Of a DNA stretch of 64,000 nt, positions 19,717 to 29,068 are shown one piece after another; position 1 is the stretch's first letter; each line of letters begins with the position of its first letter. Below the pieces are notes generated by a model that made no database searches, was not told the DNA's origin, and was given only the letters and a program-made list of their open reading frames with translations. Made by a program: the position numbers and the translations under genes. Source of the stretch: Myxococcota bacterium (GTDB taxonomy: Bacteria; Myxococcota_A; Polyangia; Nannocystales; Nannocystaceae); assembly GCA_039028615.1 (NCBI GenBank), contig JBCCHT010000006.1:192001-256000 (forward strand), in the 5' to 3' direction.

Positions 19717-21568
19717 ACTGGCATGGGCGGGCCTGGCCGGGCTCGCCGTGCTGTCCGCCGGGCTCGCGACATTCGAATCCTCGAAGGCCGAGGCCGCTCG
19801 CCCTCCCGAGACCATGCCGGTCTCCGAGGTCAAGCCGGGCATGCGCGGCCATGCGGTCACCGTGTTCTTTGGCGACAAGAGCGATCGCTTCGAGATCGAG
19901 GTCGTCGACACGATGCGCAACTACCTGCCCAAGCAGGACGCGGTGCTGTTCCGCTCCAGCGACCCGCGGCTCGAGCACTCGGGCATCGTCGGGGGCATGA
20001 GCGGCTCGCCGATCTTCGTCGACGACAAGCTGGTCGGCGCGCTGTCCTACGGCTGGCGCTTCAACAAGGACCCGCTGGGCGCCCTGACCCCGATCTCCAA
20101 CATGCTGGAGGTGGGCGAGCTGCCCTACCGCCCCGACGTGCTGCCCCGCCCCACCGTCGGCCGCGGCCGCACGCGCGACGGCTCCAAGGCCTGGGCCGAC
20201 CAGATGCTCGGCCTGCAGACCTCGCCCCTGCCCGCCCGCCAGCGGCCGGGCGAGGCGGACGGCAGCATGGGGCTCGACCCCCTGCCCTTGCCGCTCACCA
20301 TCTCCGGGCTCGGCCCCTCGACCGCGCGCATGCTCGGCGACACCTTCGGCATGGTACCCGTGCGCGGCGGTGGTGGCCCCACCGGGCAGCAAACCGAGGA
20401 AGCCAAGCCCCGCAACTGGAAGCCCGGCGACTCGGTCTCGGTGGTCCTGATCCGCGGCGACAGCTCGGCCGCCAGCAACGGCACCATCACGTGGGTGGGC
20501 CCCAAGGGCAAGCGCCTGCTGGCCTTCGGGCACTCGATGTTCGAGGACGGCCCCAGCAACCTGCCCATCGCCGACGCGCACGTACACACCATCCTCAACA
20601 GCGTCGATCGCTCGGTGAAGATGTCGAGTCCGCAGACGATCCAGGGCGTGATGGTCCAAGATCGCCAGCCGGCCATCGCCCTGCGCACCGACCTGCGAAC
20701 CCCGATGATTCCGGTCTCGACCACGATGACCGGGCCCGACCCCGACCTGGCCCCGCGCACCTACGACAACGAGGTGGCCTTCGGCGTCGATCTCACGCCC
20801 AACCTCGTGGGGGGCATCCTGGCCGAGGCGGTCGACGAAGCGGGGCGTGACGCCACCGCGGTCGTCATTCAGCTGCACCACGAGATCGCAGTCGAGACGA
20901 CCAACGGGCCGCGCACCCTCGAGATCGACGAAGAGGTCTTCTTCCCGCAGGGCCTCATCGGGCGCATCCTGTCCCGCAGCCGGGGCGTCATCGCCATCGC
21001 GGCCATGCTCGACAACGACTTCGAGGTCGCCAAGATCCGCGGGGTCAAGCACGAGATCCGCATGCAGTACGGGTCGCCGATCGAGGCCATCGAGAAGGTG
21101 CGCCTGGTCGACCACGAGGTCCGCGAGGGCGACGTCGTTCGCCTGGCCCTGACCATGCGCGCCTACAAGGGCGACACCCGAGAGCTCGAGATCCCCATCC
21201 GCATCCCCGACGACGCGGGCGGCGAGGAGATCAAGATCGTGCTGACCGGCGGCGACGCGGCCGTGCCCTATCGCCCCATCGCGGACTCGCTCGACACCCT
21301 GCTCGACACCATCGCCCAGACCTACTCGCCGCGCTCGATCGTGGCCAGCGTCTATCGGCAGTCCGAGGGCCTGTCCACCAAGCACGGGCTCATCGAAGAC
21401 CTGCCCGACAGCGTGCTCGAGTCCCTGGTGGACCGTGGCAGCACCAACGACGCGGTCCGCTTCAAGCGGCTCGCCCGTCGCGTGATCCCCACCGAGACGC
21501 TCATCGAGGGCAAGCACACCCTCAAGCTCGACGTCCTTCCCCGCAAAGCTTTCGACGACACACCATGA
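19694..21568 (+). CDS. SpoIVB-like peptidase S55 domain protein
   Basis: Signal peptide; GIVGGMSGSPIF and LLAFGH motifs; overlaps upstream gene. Confidence 0.85.
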   Translation: MATRPRAKLAWAGLAGLAVLSAGLATFESSKAEAARPPETMPVSEVKPGMRGHAVTVFFGDKSDRFEIEVVDTMRNYLPKQDAVLFRSSDPRLEHSGIVGGMSGSPIFVDDKLVGALSYGWRFNKDPLGALTPISNMLEVGELPYRPDVLPRPTVGRGRTRDGSKAWADQMLGLQTSPLPARQRPGEADGSMGLDPLPLPLTISGLGPSTARMLGDTFGMVPVRGGGGPTGQQTEEAKPRNWKPGDSVSVVLIRGDSSAASNGTITWVGPKGKRLLAFGHSMFEDGPSNLPIADAHVHTILNSVDRSVKMSSPQTIQGVMVQDRQPAIALRTDLRTPMIPVSTTMTGPDPDLAPRTYDNEVAFGVDLTPNLVGGILAEAVDEAGRDATAVVIQLHHEIAVETTNGPRTLEIDEEVFFPQGLIGRILSRSRGVIAIAAMLDNDFEVAKIRGVKHEIRMQYGSPIEAIEKVRLVDHEVREGDVVRLALTMRAYKGDTRELEIPIRIPDDAGGEEIKIVLTGGDAAVPYRPIADSLDTLLDTIAQTYSPRSIVASVYRQSEGLSTKHGLIEDLPDSVLESLVDRGSTNDAVRFKRLARRVIPTETLIEGKHTLKLDVLPRKAFDDTP

Positions 21569-23694
21569 TGGCCCGCCGCATTCGCACCATCTCCTACGCC
21601 AGTGCCACGCTCGCCGCGGCTCTGGTTGCCACTGCCCCGACCCCGTCTTCCGCGGGCGGCACCCGTAGCCTCGAGCTGTCCGACCACGGTGACTTCGACC
21701 GCGGCGAGACCGAAGGCGCCGCCATCGAGGCCAGCGGCCGCGTCACGGTGGGCTTCACCCCCGAGCGCGGCGAGCCGGTCGATGCCACCTCCGCGTTCTC
21801 CTGCCTCGGCCGCAAGGGCGAGGTGCTGGTGGGCACCGCCGACAAGGCCGCCGTGCACCGCGTCAGCGTGGGTACCCGCGGCAAGAACAAGGGCAAGGTC
21901 CAGGTCGAGCGCCTGGCCGAGCTGTCCGGCGTCGTGGTCACCGCGATGGCCGAGCTGCCCGGCGGCGACATCGTCGTGGCCACCCTGCCCGGCGGCAAGC
22001 TCATGCGCATGGACAAGCGGGGCAAGCTCTCCGACTTTGCCGAGCTCCCCGTCGATCACGTGTGGGCGCTCGAGGTCCACAAGGGCAAGGTCTACGCGGG
22101 CACCGGTCCCAAGGGCGAGCTGTTCGAGATGAGCACCTCGGGCAAGGACCCCAAGGTCGTGCTCGACGACTCCGACAAGCACATCATGAGCCTGCTGCCC
22201 GTCGGCGACGCCCTGCTCGTGGGCACCGCCCCCGGGGCCCGGCTGCTGCGCGTGGGCGACGAGACCGAGGGCGTCCTGCTCGAGGACTTCAACGGCGACG
22301 AGCTCAAGGACATGGTCACCACCCGCCAGGGGCTGATGGTCGCGGTCAACACCTTCGAAGATCGCAACCTCGGCTCGGTGGACGCGCTGGCCCAGAACCT
22401 GGCGCGGACCAGCCTGACCGGCACGCCGCCCGCGGGCGACCTCGCCCAGACCCGCCCGGCCAAGGCCGACGCGACCGTCTACCACGTCGACCTCGGCAAG
22501 GGCCGCGACCTCGACCGCGCCATGGAGGCCCCCTGGGATCGATGGTTCTCGCGCGACGGTCAGTACTTCACCTCGATGCTGGCCCTCGACGACACGGGCA
22601 CCGTGCTGCTGTCCAGCTCGTCGGAGGGCAAGGTCTACCGGCTCCGAGGCCCCCGCGACGCCGCCACCGTGGCCGACTTCGAGGAGCGCCAGAGCACCGC
22701 GCTGTGCCGCGCCGACAAGGGCCCGATCTTCGCCACCGTGGGTCAGGGCGCCGCCGCCTATCACCTGCAGGCCAGCCCCGCGGACAAGGCTCGCTACCGA
22801 ACCCGGGTCTTCGACGCCAAGCATCCCGCCGACTACGGGGCGCTGGTGCTGCGCGGCAAGGGCCCGCTCACCGCCCGCGTGCGTACCGGCCCCAGCATCG
22901 AGCCGGGCGAGCGGTGGTCGGAGTGGACCAAGGTCGAGCTGAAGTCCGCCCCCGGGGCGCAGTACCGCGGCGACCTGTCGAAGGCGAAGCGCCGCCGCTA
23001 CATGCAGCTCGAGATCGGCCTGGGCTCCCCCGACGCCGAGCTCCGCGAGCTGCGGCAGTTCTACGCCCCGGAGAACCTCGCCCCGCTGCTCGAGCGCGTC
23101 GACGTCAGCCGGCCCAGCTTCGACACCGATTCGGTCTCCGAGCCGAGCACCAAGGTCACCATTCGCTGGAAGGTCGACGCCCGCGATGACGACGACCTCA
23201 TCTACGACGTCCGGGCCCGCCCCGAAGGCACGGGCGAGACCCAGTGGATCCCGCTGCACAAAGACGACGAGCGCGTCACCAAGCGCGAGCTGTCGTGGGA
23301 CCTCAGCACCGTGCCCGACGGCGTCTACGAGATCGAGGTGGTGGCGAGCGACGAGCCCAGCAACGGGGCCGGGAATGCTCGCACCGACGAGCTGACCTCG
23401 GCGCCCTTCGTGGTCGATCGCCAGCGGCCTCGCATCGAGGACCTTCGCTTCGGCGCCGGCACCCTGAGCGCCACCGTCCACGACGACGGCGGCTACGTGC
23501 ACGACGTCGCCATTCGGGTCGACGACATGCCCTTCCAGCGGGTCGCCGCCCGCGACGGGCTCTACGACGAGCCGGACGAGGTCATCTCCGTCGCGCTCAC
23601 CGACCTGCAGCCGGGCACCCACCGCGTGGTGGTCCGGGCCCGCGACTCCTTCGGCAACATCGAGACCGAGGCGATCATCGCCCGCGTCGAGTAG
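21565..23694 (+). CDS. Secreted beta-propeller plus FN3/Ig-like domain protein
   Basis: Signal peptide; repeated blades (VYAGTGPKGELF, LLVGTAPGARLL); C-terminal PDGVYEIEVVASD; ATGA overlap with peptidase gene. Confidence 0.75.
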   Translation: MMARRIRTISYASATLAAALVATAPTPSSAGGTRSLELSDHGDFDRGETEGAAIEASGRVTVGFTPERGEPVDATSAFSCLGRKGEVLVGTADKAAVHRVSVGTRGKNKGKVQVERLAELSGVVVTAMAELPGGDIVVATLPGGKLMRMDKRGKLSDFAELPVDHVWALEVHKGKVYAGTGPKGELFEMSTSGKDPKVVLDDSDKHIMSLLPVGDALLVGTAPGARLLRVGDETEGVLLEDFNGDELKDMVTTRQGLMVAVNTFEDRNLGSVDALAQNLARTSLTGTPPAGDLAQTRPAKADATVYHVDLGKGRDLDRAMEAPWDRWFSRDGQYFTSMLALDDTGTVLLSSSSEGKVYRLRGPRDAATVADFEERQSTALCRADKGPIFATVGQGAAAYHLQASPADKARYRTRVFDAKHPADYGALVLRGKGPLTARVRTGPSIEPGERWSEWTKVELKSAPGAQYRGDLSKAKRRRYMQLEIGLGSPDAELRELRQFYAPENLAPLLERVDVSRPSFDTDSVSEPSTKVTIRWKVDARDDDDLIYDVRARPEGTGETQWIPLHKDDERVTKRELSWDLSTVPDGVYEIEVVASDEPSNGAGNARTDELTSAPFVVDRQRPRIEDLRFGAGTLSATVHDDGGYVHDVAIRVDDMPFQRVAARDGLYDEPDEVISVALTDLQPGTHRVVVRARDSFGNIETEAIIARVE

Positions 23695-23711
23695 CCGTCG
23701 AAGCCTCGACG

Positions 23712-23801
23712 ACGAAGGCCGCGGCGCCCCTCGGGGACCGCGGCCTCTTCGTTTCGAATGCACGAAGGCCGCGGTCCTCAAGGGGAGCCGCGGCCTTCTT
23801 T
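23712..23801. terminator. Pair of related hairpins between convergent genes (bidirectional terminator or REP-like doublet)
   Basis: Two stems GAAGGCCGCGG...CCGCGGCCT; the second is nearly the reverse complement of the first. Confidence 0.75.
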
Positions 23802-23830
23802 GGTGGGGGCGCCGTAGGTGCCCGGTGCGC

Positions 23831-24172
23831 TCAGCCGGCCTTCTTGGCCGCGCGCTGGAGGCTCTGGGTCATGTCGACCAGGCGTCCGAGCGAGAGCGTC
23901 TTGAGGCTGTCGGCGAACTCGTGGTCCTTGGTCTGCCCCTTGAGCTCGAGGATCGCCTTCACCATGCCGTCGCGGCCGCCGAGCGCCTCGACCTTCTCGG
24001 CCAGGGCCACCAGGTGCAGCAGCTTCGCGTTGGAGGCGTACTTGAGGCGCTTCTTCTGCTCGTCGTCGCTCTCGCCGTCCAGGTTGTCGATGAGGGCCGC
24101 GACCTTCTCGACGAGCTTGTCCTTGGACTCGTACTTTTCCTTGACGATTTGGAGCGGGGTTTTCTTGGCCAT
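23831..24172 (-). CDS. Small Lys-rich hypothetical protein
   Basis: 113 aa, strongly biased codons, GAGGA upstream. Confidence 0.8.
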   Translation of the reverse strand: MAKKTPLQIVKEKYESKDKLVEKVAALIDNLDGESDDEQKKRLKYASNAKLLHLVALAEKVEALGGRDGMVKAILELKGQTKDHEFADSLKTLSLGRLVDMTQSLQRAAKKAG

Positions 24173-24316
24173 TTTCCGTGTCTTCCTCGATGTTCGCCGC
24201 CATGAGCAGCTACGAGCTCCGTGCCGCGGATGCGACCCGGTTCCGGGGGGAAGTTCCCGCCGGGCCGCGGACTATGGCGTGCCTGGGCGACGACCGCAAG
24301 TGAGGCCGTAAAACGC

Positions 24317-25315
24317 TCAGGAGCCGCCCCCACGGGCCCCTTGCAGCCGCGTGACGATGGTCTCTAGGTCCTGCTCGGACGCCTTGGCGGTGGCGGTGAC
24401 CGCGGGTCCCGATGTGTCGAACTTCACGCTCTCCATGACCTTCGCGGGAACCCCGAAAGAGGTCGCCATGCCCTTCAGCACGCTGAACTGCTGCTCCATC
24501 GTCTGCTGGGTCTTCTTGGCGCCGTCCTCGGAGCCCACGTTCACGGCGGCGTAGAACTGCACGCCATCGCTGAGGTCGAGCCAGGCCGCGATGTCCTTGG
24601 GCTTCGGCGAGTCCGGGTCGGCGGCGGCCAGCTGCTTGCCCGCGGCCGCGGGCACGACCCCGGCAAACCATACGTGCTTGCTCGTGTCGGTGCGCTGCAG
24701 CGCCCGGCCGAGCTCACCGTCGAAGGCCGAGCGTCCCTTGCCATCGCGCAGGCGCTCGACATCGGGGATCCACGGCATGCCCACCACCAGCACCGTGTCG
24801 TCATCGATCACGTAGGCCAGCGTGCCGCGGTCGAGCTCGACGACCTTGCCTCCTTCGCGAATGACCCACGGTTTGTCGCCGCTGCTCTGGGCGACCTCGC
24901 GGACGGCACACTCGAGGGTCGAGGCCTTGCCCAGCCCCTCGGCCACGATGGCCGCGGCGAAGCGGAGCTCGCCCTCGGGATCGAGACCGAAGGTGACGCT
25001 GCGCCAGTGCTCGAGGCCGAGCTTGCAGCGCTGCAGGGCGTCGAGGGTGGTCTTGCCTTCGCGCAGGACCTCGTCCGAGTGCTTGCGCCACAGCCCCGTA
25101 CTCTGCAGCCCGGCCAGATCGACACCCCCCACCACCGTCGCCACATCGGGGATGGACCGCTTGGCCGCATCGAGCTGCTTAGCCGCGGCCGTCTGCGCGC
25201 TGGCTTTTTCGTTCGCCGCCGCGGGCGGGTCTTTCTTGCACCCGACGAGCAGCAGCAGCCCGGCTCCGACCAGGCTCGCTCCCCACCGCCGTCGCACTCG
25301 GTTCGCGCTACGCAT
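24317..25315 (-). CDS. Lipoprotein, paralogue of 25427-26344 (start uncertain)
   Basis: Lipobox LLVGC; shares VVGGxDLAGLQ, CKLGL, KHVWFAG with neighbour. Confidence 0.8.
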   Translation of the reverse strand: MRSANRVRRRWGASLVGAGLLLLVGCKKDPPAAANEKASAQTAAAKQLDAAKRSIPDVATVVGGVDLAGLQSTGLWRKHSDEVLREGKTTLDALQRCKLGLEHWRSVTFGLDPEGELRFAAAIVAEGLGKASTLECAVREVAQSSGDKPWVIREGGKVVELDRGTLAYVIDDDTVLVVGMPWIPDVERLRDGKGRSAFDGELGRALQRTDTSKHVWFAGVVPAAAGKQLAAADPDSPKPKDIAAWLDLSDGVQFYAAVNVGSEDGAKKTQQTMEQQFSVLKGMATSFGVPAKVMESVKFDTSGPAVTATAKASEQDLETIVTRLQGARGGGS

Positions 25316-25353
25316 GCCGACCCATGGTGCCACTTTCATTCGGCGAACCAATT

Positions 25354-25387
25354 GAAAATGGGGAAGGCCCTACGACCTTCCCCATTT
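25354..25387 (-). terminator. Intrinsic terminator
   Basis: AAATGGGGAAGG/CCTTCCCCATTT stem; T-rich tail on minus strand. Confidence 0.75.
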
Positions 25388-25426
25388 CGGGATTTGGCGA
25401 AACCGCCGGGTCCCGGAGCCAAAGCC

Positions 25427-26344
25427 TTACATGAAGGCTTTGAGGCCCTCCATGCTCTTGGCGAGGTCGGCGTCGGAAGCCTTGGCCTCGACGGTGAAGA
25501 ACTCACCGCTGGTGCCGAACTTGACGCTGTTGATGACCTCCTCGGAGGTCTGGGCCTTGGCCATGTCCTTGAACATGCCGTCCCACATCCCCTGGACCTT
25601 GGTCTTGACCGACTCGGCCTCGTCGCCGCTGGCGAACCCGACCAGGATCTTGGTCTCGACGCCGCTGCTCAGGTCGGCGTAGCCGGCGAACGAAGCGGGG
25701 GCAGCACCGAGCTGCTCGGCCGCGCCCTTGCCCTCTTTCTCGGGGACCTTGCCGGCGAACCAGACGTGCTTGCCGGTGTCGGTCTTGCCCAGGACGTCCT
25801 TGAGCGAGCCGTCGAACGCGGACTTGCCCTCACCCTTGGTGAGCTTCTTGACGTCCTCGGCCCAGTCCTTGCCGGACACCACGAGGGTGTTGTCGTCGAC
25901 GACGTAGGCCACGGCGCCGCCGTTGGCCATCTTGAGGACCTTGCCGTCTTCTTCGGCGGTCCAGGGCTCCTTGCCCTCTTTCTCTTTGATCTTGTCGTGG
26001 GCGCAGTCGAGGTTCGCCTTCACGCCAATGCCGTCGGCAGCGATGACCACGGCCATCTTGTCGTCACCACCGTTGGGGTCGACGCCGAAGGTCACGCTCT
26101 TGAACTTGTCGAGGCCGAGCTTGCACTCGCCCATGGCGGCAAGCTGCTCTTTACCGTTGGACTCGACCATGCCCTTGAGGTTGTCGGTCCAGAGCTTGGT
26201 CTTCTGAAGGCCGGCCAGGTCGGCACCGCCGACGACGGTGGCAGCTTCAGGGATGAACTTGGCAGCGTCGCCGCCGCCACCCTTGCAGGCGGCCACGCCC
26301 AGGAGGGCAACGGCGAAGGTGGAGGTGGCAAACGTCCGTTTCAT
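25427..26344 (-). CDS. Lipoprotein of unknown function
   Basis: MKRTFATSTFAVALLGVAAC signal and lipobox; strongly biased codons. Confidence 0.85.
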   Translation of the reverse strand: MKRTFATSTFAVALLGVAACKGGGGDAAKFIPEAATVVGGADLAGLQKTKLWTDNLKGMVESNGKEQLAAMGECKLGLDKFKSVTFGVDPNGGDDKMAVVIAADGIGVKANLDCAHDKIKEKEGKEPWTAEEDGKVLKMANGGAVAYVVDDNTLVVSGKDWAEDVKKLTKGEGKSAFDGSLKDVLGKTDTGKHVWFAGKVPEKEGKGAAEQLGAAPASFAGYADLSSGVETKILVGFASGDEAESVKTKVQGMWDGMFKDMAKAQTSEEVINSVKFGTSGEFFTVEAKASDADLAKSMEGLKAFM

Positions 26345-26506
26345 AGCGGGCTTCTCTACACGACGGGTACGGGGGGTGCAAGGCGAAAGTGGGGTCATGT
26401 CGGTTTTCCTGAACGCGGCGGTGGGGCACTCACTGGTGTCGACCAGCACCGCTACAGACGGACCTTGGCGCGCTCGGTTGCGGACGGTAGTGTCGATTAA
26501 GAACCG

Positions 26507-27202
26507 ATGCCCTGGAAACAGTACGAATTCAAGGGACAAACGGTGTACGTACGGGTGCTTCCCACCGGTAAACCCATCGTTCGCCATGGTCGCGTCGAGC
26601 TTCGTTACAAGCTCGGTGCTCGCAAATCTTATCGCGCGTCGCCCGATGGCCTCGAAGCCATGGAAGGCGACATGATCGAAGACAGCGAGATGAGCGGCAA
26701 CGCAGGTGCAGCCGCGACGACGGCCGCCCTCAAAGAGACCCCAACGACACCCGCCGACGCCGATACGATCGTCATCTACACCGACGGTGCGTGCTCGGGA
26801 AATCCGGGCCCAGCGGGCATTGGCGTGTACTTCGAGCGCCCCGGGCAATCCGTCGAAATCTCGGAGTTCCTCGGTAGCGGCACCAACAACATCGCCGAAC
26901 TGAGTGCGATTTTGCGGGGTCTACAGACCCTACGCGACGACGAACGTGAGGGTCTCATCCACCTCTATACCGATAGTGCATGGTCGCTCGGCGTGCTCAT
27001 CGGCGGGTGGAAGGCCAAGACGAACACGGACCTCATCGACAAGATCAAAGCGGAGATGGACACGCTGCCGCGCTTGGAGTTGCTCAAGGTTCGCGGCCAC
27101 GCCGGGCATCCCGGCAACGAAGAAGCCGACCGTCTCGCCACGCAAGCGACCCGCCGTGAAGCGTCGTCGGAGCCTCGAGTTCGACGCCGCCGGGTGAGCT
27201 GA
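26507..27202 (+). CDS. rnhA: Ribonuclease HI with N-terminal extension
   Basis: YTDGACSGNPGPAG, TNNIAEL, YTDS, VRGHAGHPGNEEADRLA. Confidence 0.93.
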   Translation: MPWKQYEFKGQTVYVRVLPTGKPIVRHGRVELRYKLGARKSYRASPDGLEAMEGDMIEDSEMSGNAGAAATTAALKETPTTPADADTIVIYTDGACSGNPGPAGIGVYFERPGQSVEISEFLGSGTNNIAELSAILRGLQTLRDDEREGLIHLYTDSAWSLGVLIGGWKAKTNTDLIDKIKAEMDTLPRLELLKVRGHAGHPGNEEADRLATQATRREASSEPRVRRRRVS

Positions 27203-27381
27203 AGCGTCCCTCGTCGGGCCAGCCGGACAGCCGTAAGGCAAACCCCAGCGGGGCGTCCCGAATTATTCTCGCGCACGATCTCCGCCGTGCGCGAGGACGC
27301 GAGCGCATTCGTTCCGATTGAGGCCATAGGGGCCGCGCGCGCCATCGGGTCGTCCCTTCACGCGGCGCCGTGACCTCGCCC

Positions 27382-28284
27382 TTACGCGACCGCGTCGCGG
27401 AGAGGAACGGCACCTCCGCGGCGCGACAACAACTCCCATAACCGATCGTGTCGCATGCGCCACGGCACGCGGAGCTCGGGCTGCAATCGCCGCAGAGCCG
27501 CCGCCACCGGATCGCGATCGGGGTCGGCCAGGTCGATGCCGTGCAGCTCGAGATGAAAGTGCGCGCGCGCCAGGGCGGCACGACGTAGTCCGGCGGCCAG
27601 CGGACCGGACAGCGAGAGCAACGACGTCCCGATGAGCGGCAGTCGCAGCAGCGGCGAGACGGACATGGGCAGCTCCCACAGCGGCGCGTCGTCGCGACGA
27701 TAGGGCCGCGCGCGACCGAAGAAGGAGCGACCGCCCGTGGCCAGCGACTGCGACCGTCGACCGCGGAGGGCCATGTGCCCCATGACCGCCAGCTTGGCCG
27801 CGTAGTACGGCGGCGAAGGCAGCACCGAACTGTCGTAGTCGTAGCCGAGCGCCGCGACCCGAGCCATCAGGCCTGCGTCGTGGGTGTAGCCCGGCGCCCG
27901 GAAGCCCTGCACCGTCGCGCCCAGCTCGCGAAGTCGCGCGTCGCAGGCCTCGAGATCGGCCGCTTGCTGCGAGGCGGGCCATCGCACCAGGTCGTAGGCA
28001 TGGGCAAAGCTGTGGTTGCCCAGCTCGTGTCCCTCGGCCAGCGCCTGCCGAAGCAGCGCCGCGCCTCGTCCCGCCCGCTGCATGTCTCGCTCGAGGTCGC
28101 GACCGATGACGAAGAAGGTGGCCCGGGTCCCCGTGCGTGCGAACAGCTCGAGGAAGCGCGGGAGCCAGCGCTCGAGGCCGGCCTCCTCCTGCTCGGCGGT
28201 GGGCGGCGGCAAGCCGTGGATGCCGTGGTAGCAGGCCGCGTCGTCGAGGTCGACGCTCACCAACGTGGTCGGCACGGCTGCCAT
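27382..28284 (-). CDS. Polysaccharide deacetylase family protein
   Basis: SVDLDD, ATFFVIG, GHELGNHSFAH, GFRAPGY, YDSS. Confidence 0.9.
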   Translation of the reverse strand: MAAVPTTLVSVDLDDAACYHGIHGLPPPTAEQEEAGLERWLPRFLELFARTGTRATFFVIGRDLERDMQRAGRGAALLRQALAEGHELGNHSFAHAYDLVRWPASQQAADLEACDARLRELGATVQGFRAPGYTHDAGLMARVAALGYDYDSSVLPSPPYYAAKLAVMGHMALRGRRSQSLATGGRSFFGRARPYRRDDAPLWELPMSVSPLLRLPLIGTSLLSLSGPLAAGLRRAALARAHFHLELHGIDLADPDRDPVAAALRRLQPELRVPWRMRHDRLWELLSRRGGAVPLRDAVA

Positions 28285-28300
28285 CGCGACTCCGGGGCGC

Positions 28301-29068
28301 TCAGGACTCGGGCACGTCGGAGTTCACCCCCGACGAAAGGTGAATCGAGACCATCAGGCGGGCCAAGTTGCGCAGCACTCGGGGCACGCGACGCGCCAGG
28401 TGGATCGACGGCGCGCGCTTCTCCTCGATGGTGACCGGAATCTCGCTGACCCGCAGTCCATTGCGCTCGGCCCGGATCACCAGCTCGCTGGCGAACACGT
28501 CGTGCTCGACCACGCAGCGCGCCACGACCGGCAGCACCGCCTCGCGCCGCAGCGCCTTGAGGCCGTGGGTATCCGTGCCGGAGAAGCCCAGCGTCACCCG
28601 CAGCACCGCGTTGTAGAACTTGGTCGCGGCGCGGCGAGGCAGCGGCCGGGTGTCTTCCGCCCCGCGCATCGCCTTGGAGCCGATGACCACGTCGACGGTG
28701 CCCGTGCGCAGCAGCTCGAGCGCCCGCAGGTGAAAGCCCACGTCGCACAGGTCGATTTCTTCGCAGATGACGAAGCGCCCCTGGGCCCGATAGATGCCCT
28801 CGCGCAGCGCCCCGCCGTAGTTCGGCTCGGGATACGAGATCATGCGGACCTGGGGTCGCTGCGCCGCGACCCGCTCGCCGATCTCCACCGTGCGGTCCTT
28901 GCTGCCGTTTTCCGCCAGCACCACCTCGTAGCGCAGGTCCGCGGCATCGAGCTTGTCGCACAGCTGGTTCAGGCTGTCCTCGAGGATCTGCTCCTCGTTG
29001 TAGACGGGGATGACCAACGACAGCTCGGGCTTGTCGTGGGCCTCCGCCTCGTTCAGCTCTCCGCCCAC
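28301..29068 (-). CDS. Glycosyltransferase family 2 (polyprenol-phosphate type)
   Basis: LSLVIPVYNEE, ENGSKDRT, EID at DxD position, DTHGLK; GTG 29068 preceded by GGAGG. Confidence 0.88.
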   Translation of the reverse strand: MGGELNEAEAHDKPELSLVIPVYNEEQILEDSLNQLCDKLDAADLRYEVVLAENGSKDRTVEIGERVAAQRPQVRMISYPEPNYGGALREGIYRAQGRFVICEEIDLCDVGFHLRALELLRTGTVDVVIGSKAMRGAEDTRPLPRRAATKFYNAVLRVTLGFSGTDTHGLKALRREAVLPVVARCVVEHDVFASELVIRAERNGLRVSEIPVTIEEKRAPSIHLARRVPRVLRNLARLMVSIHLSSGVNSDVPES

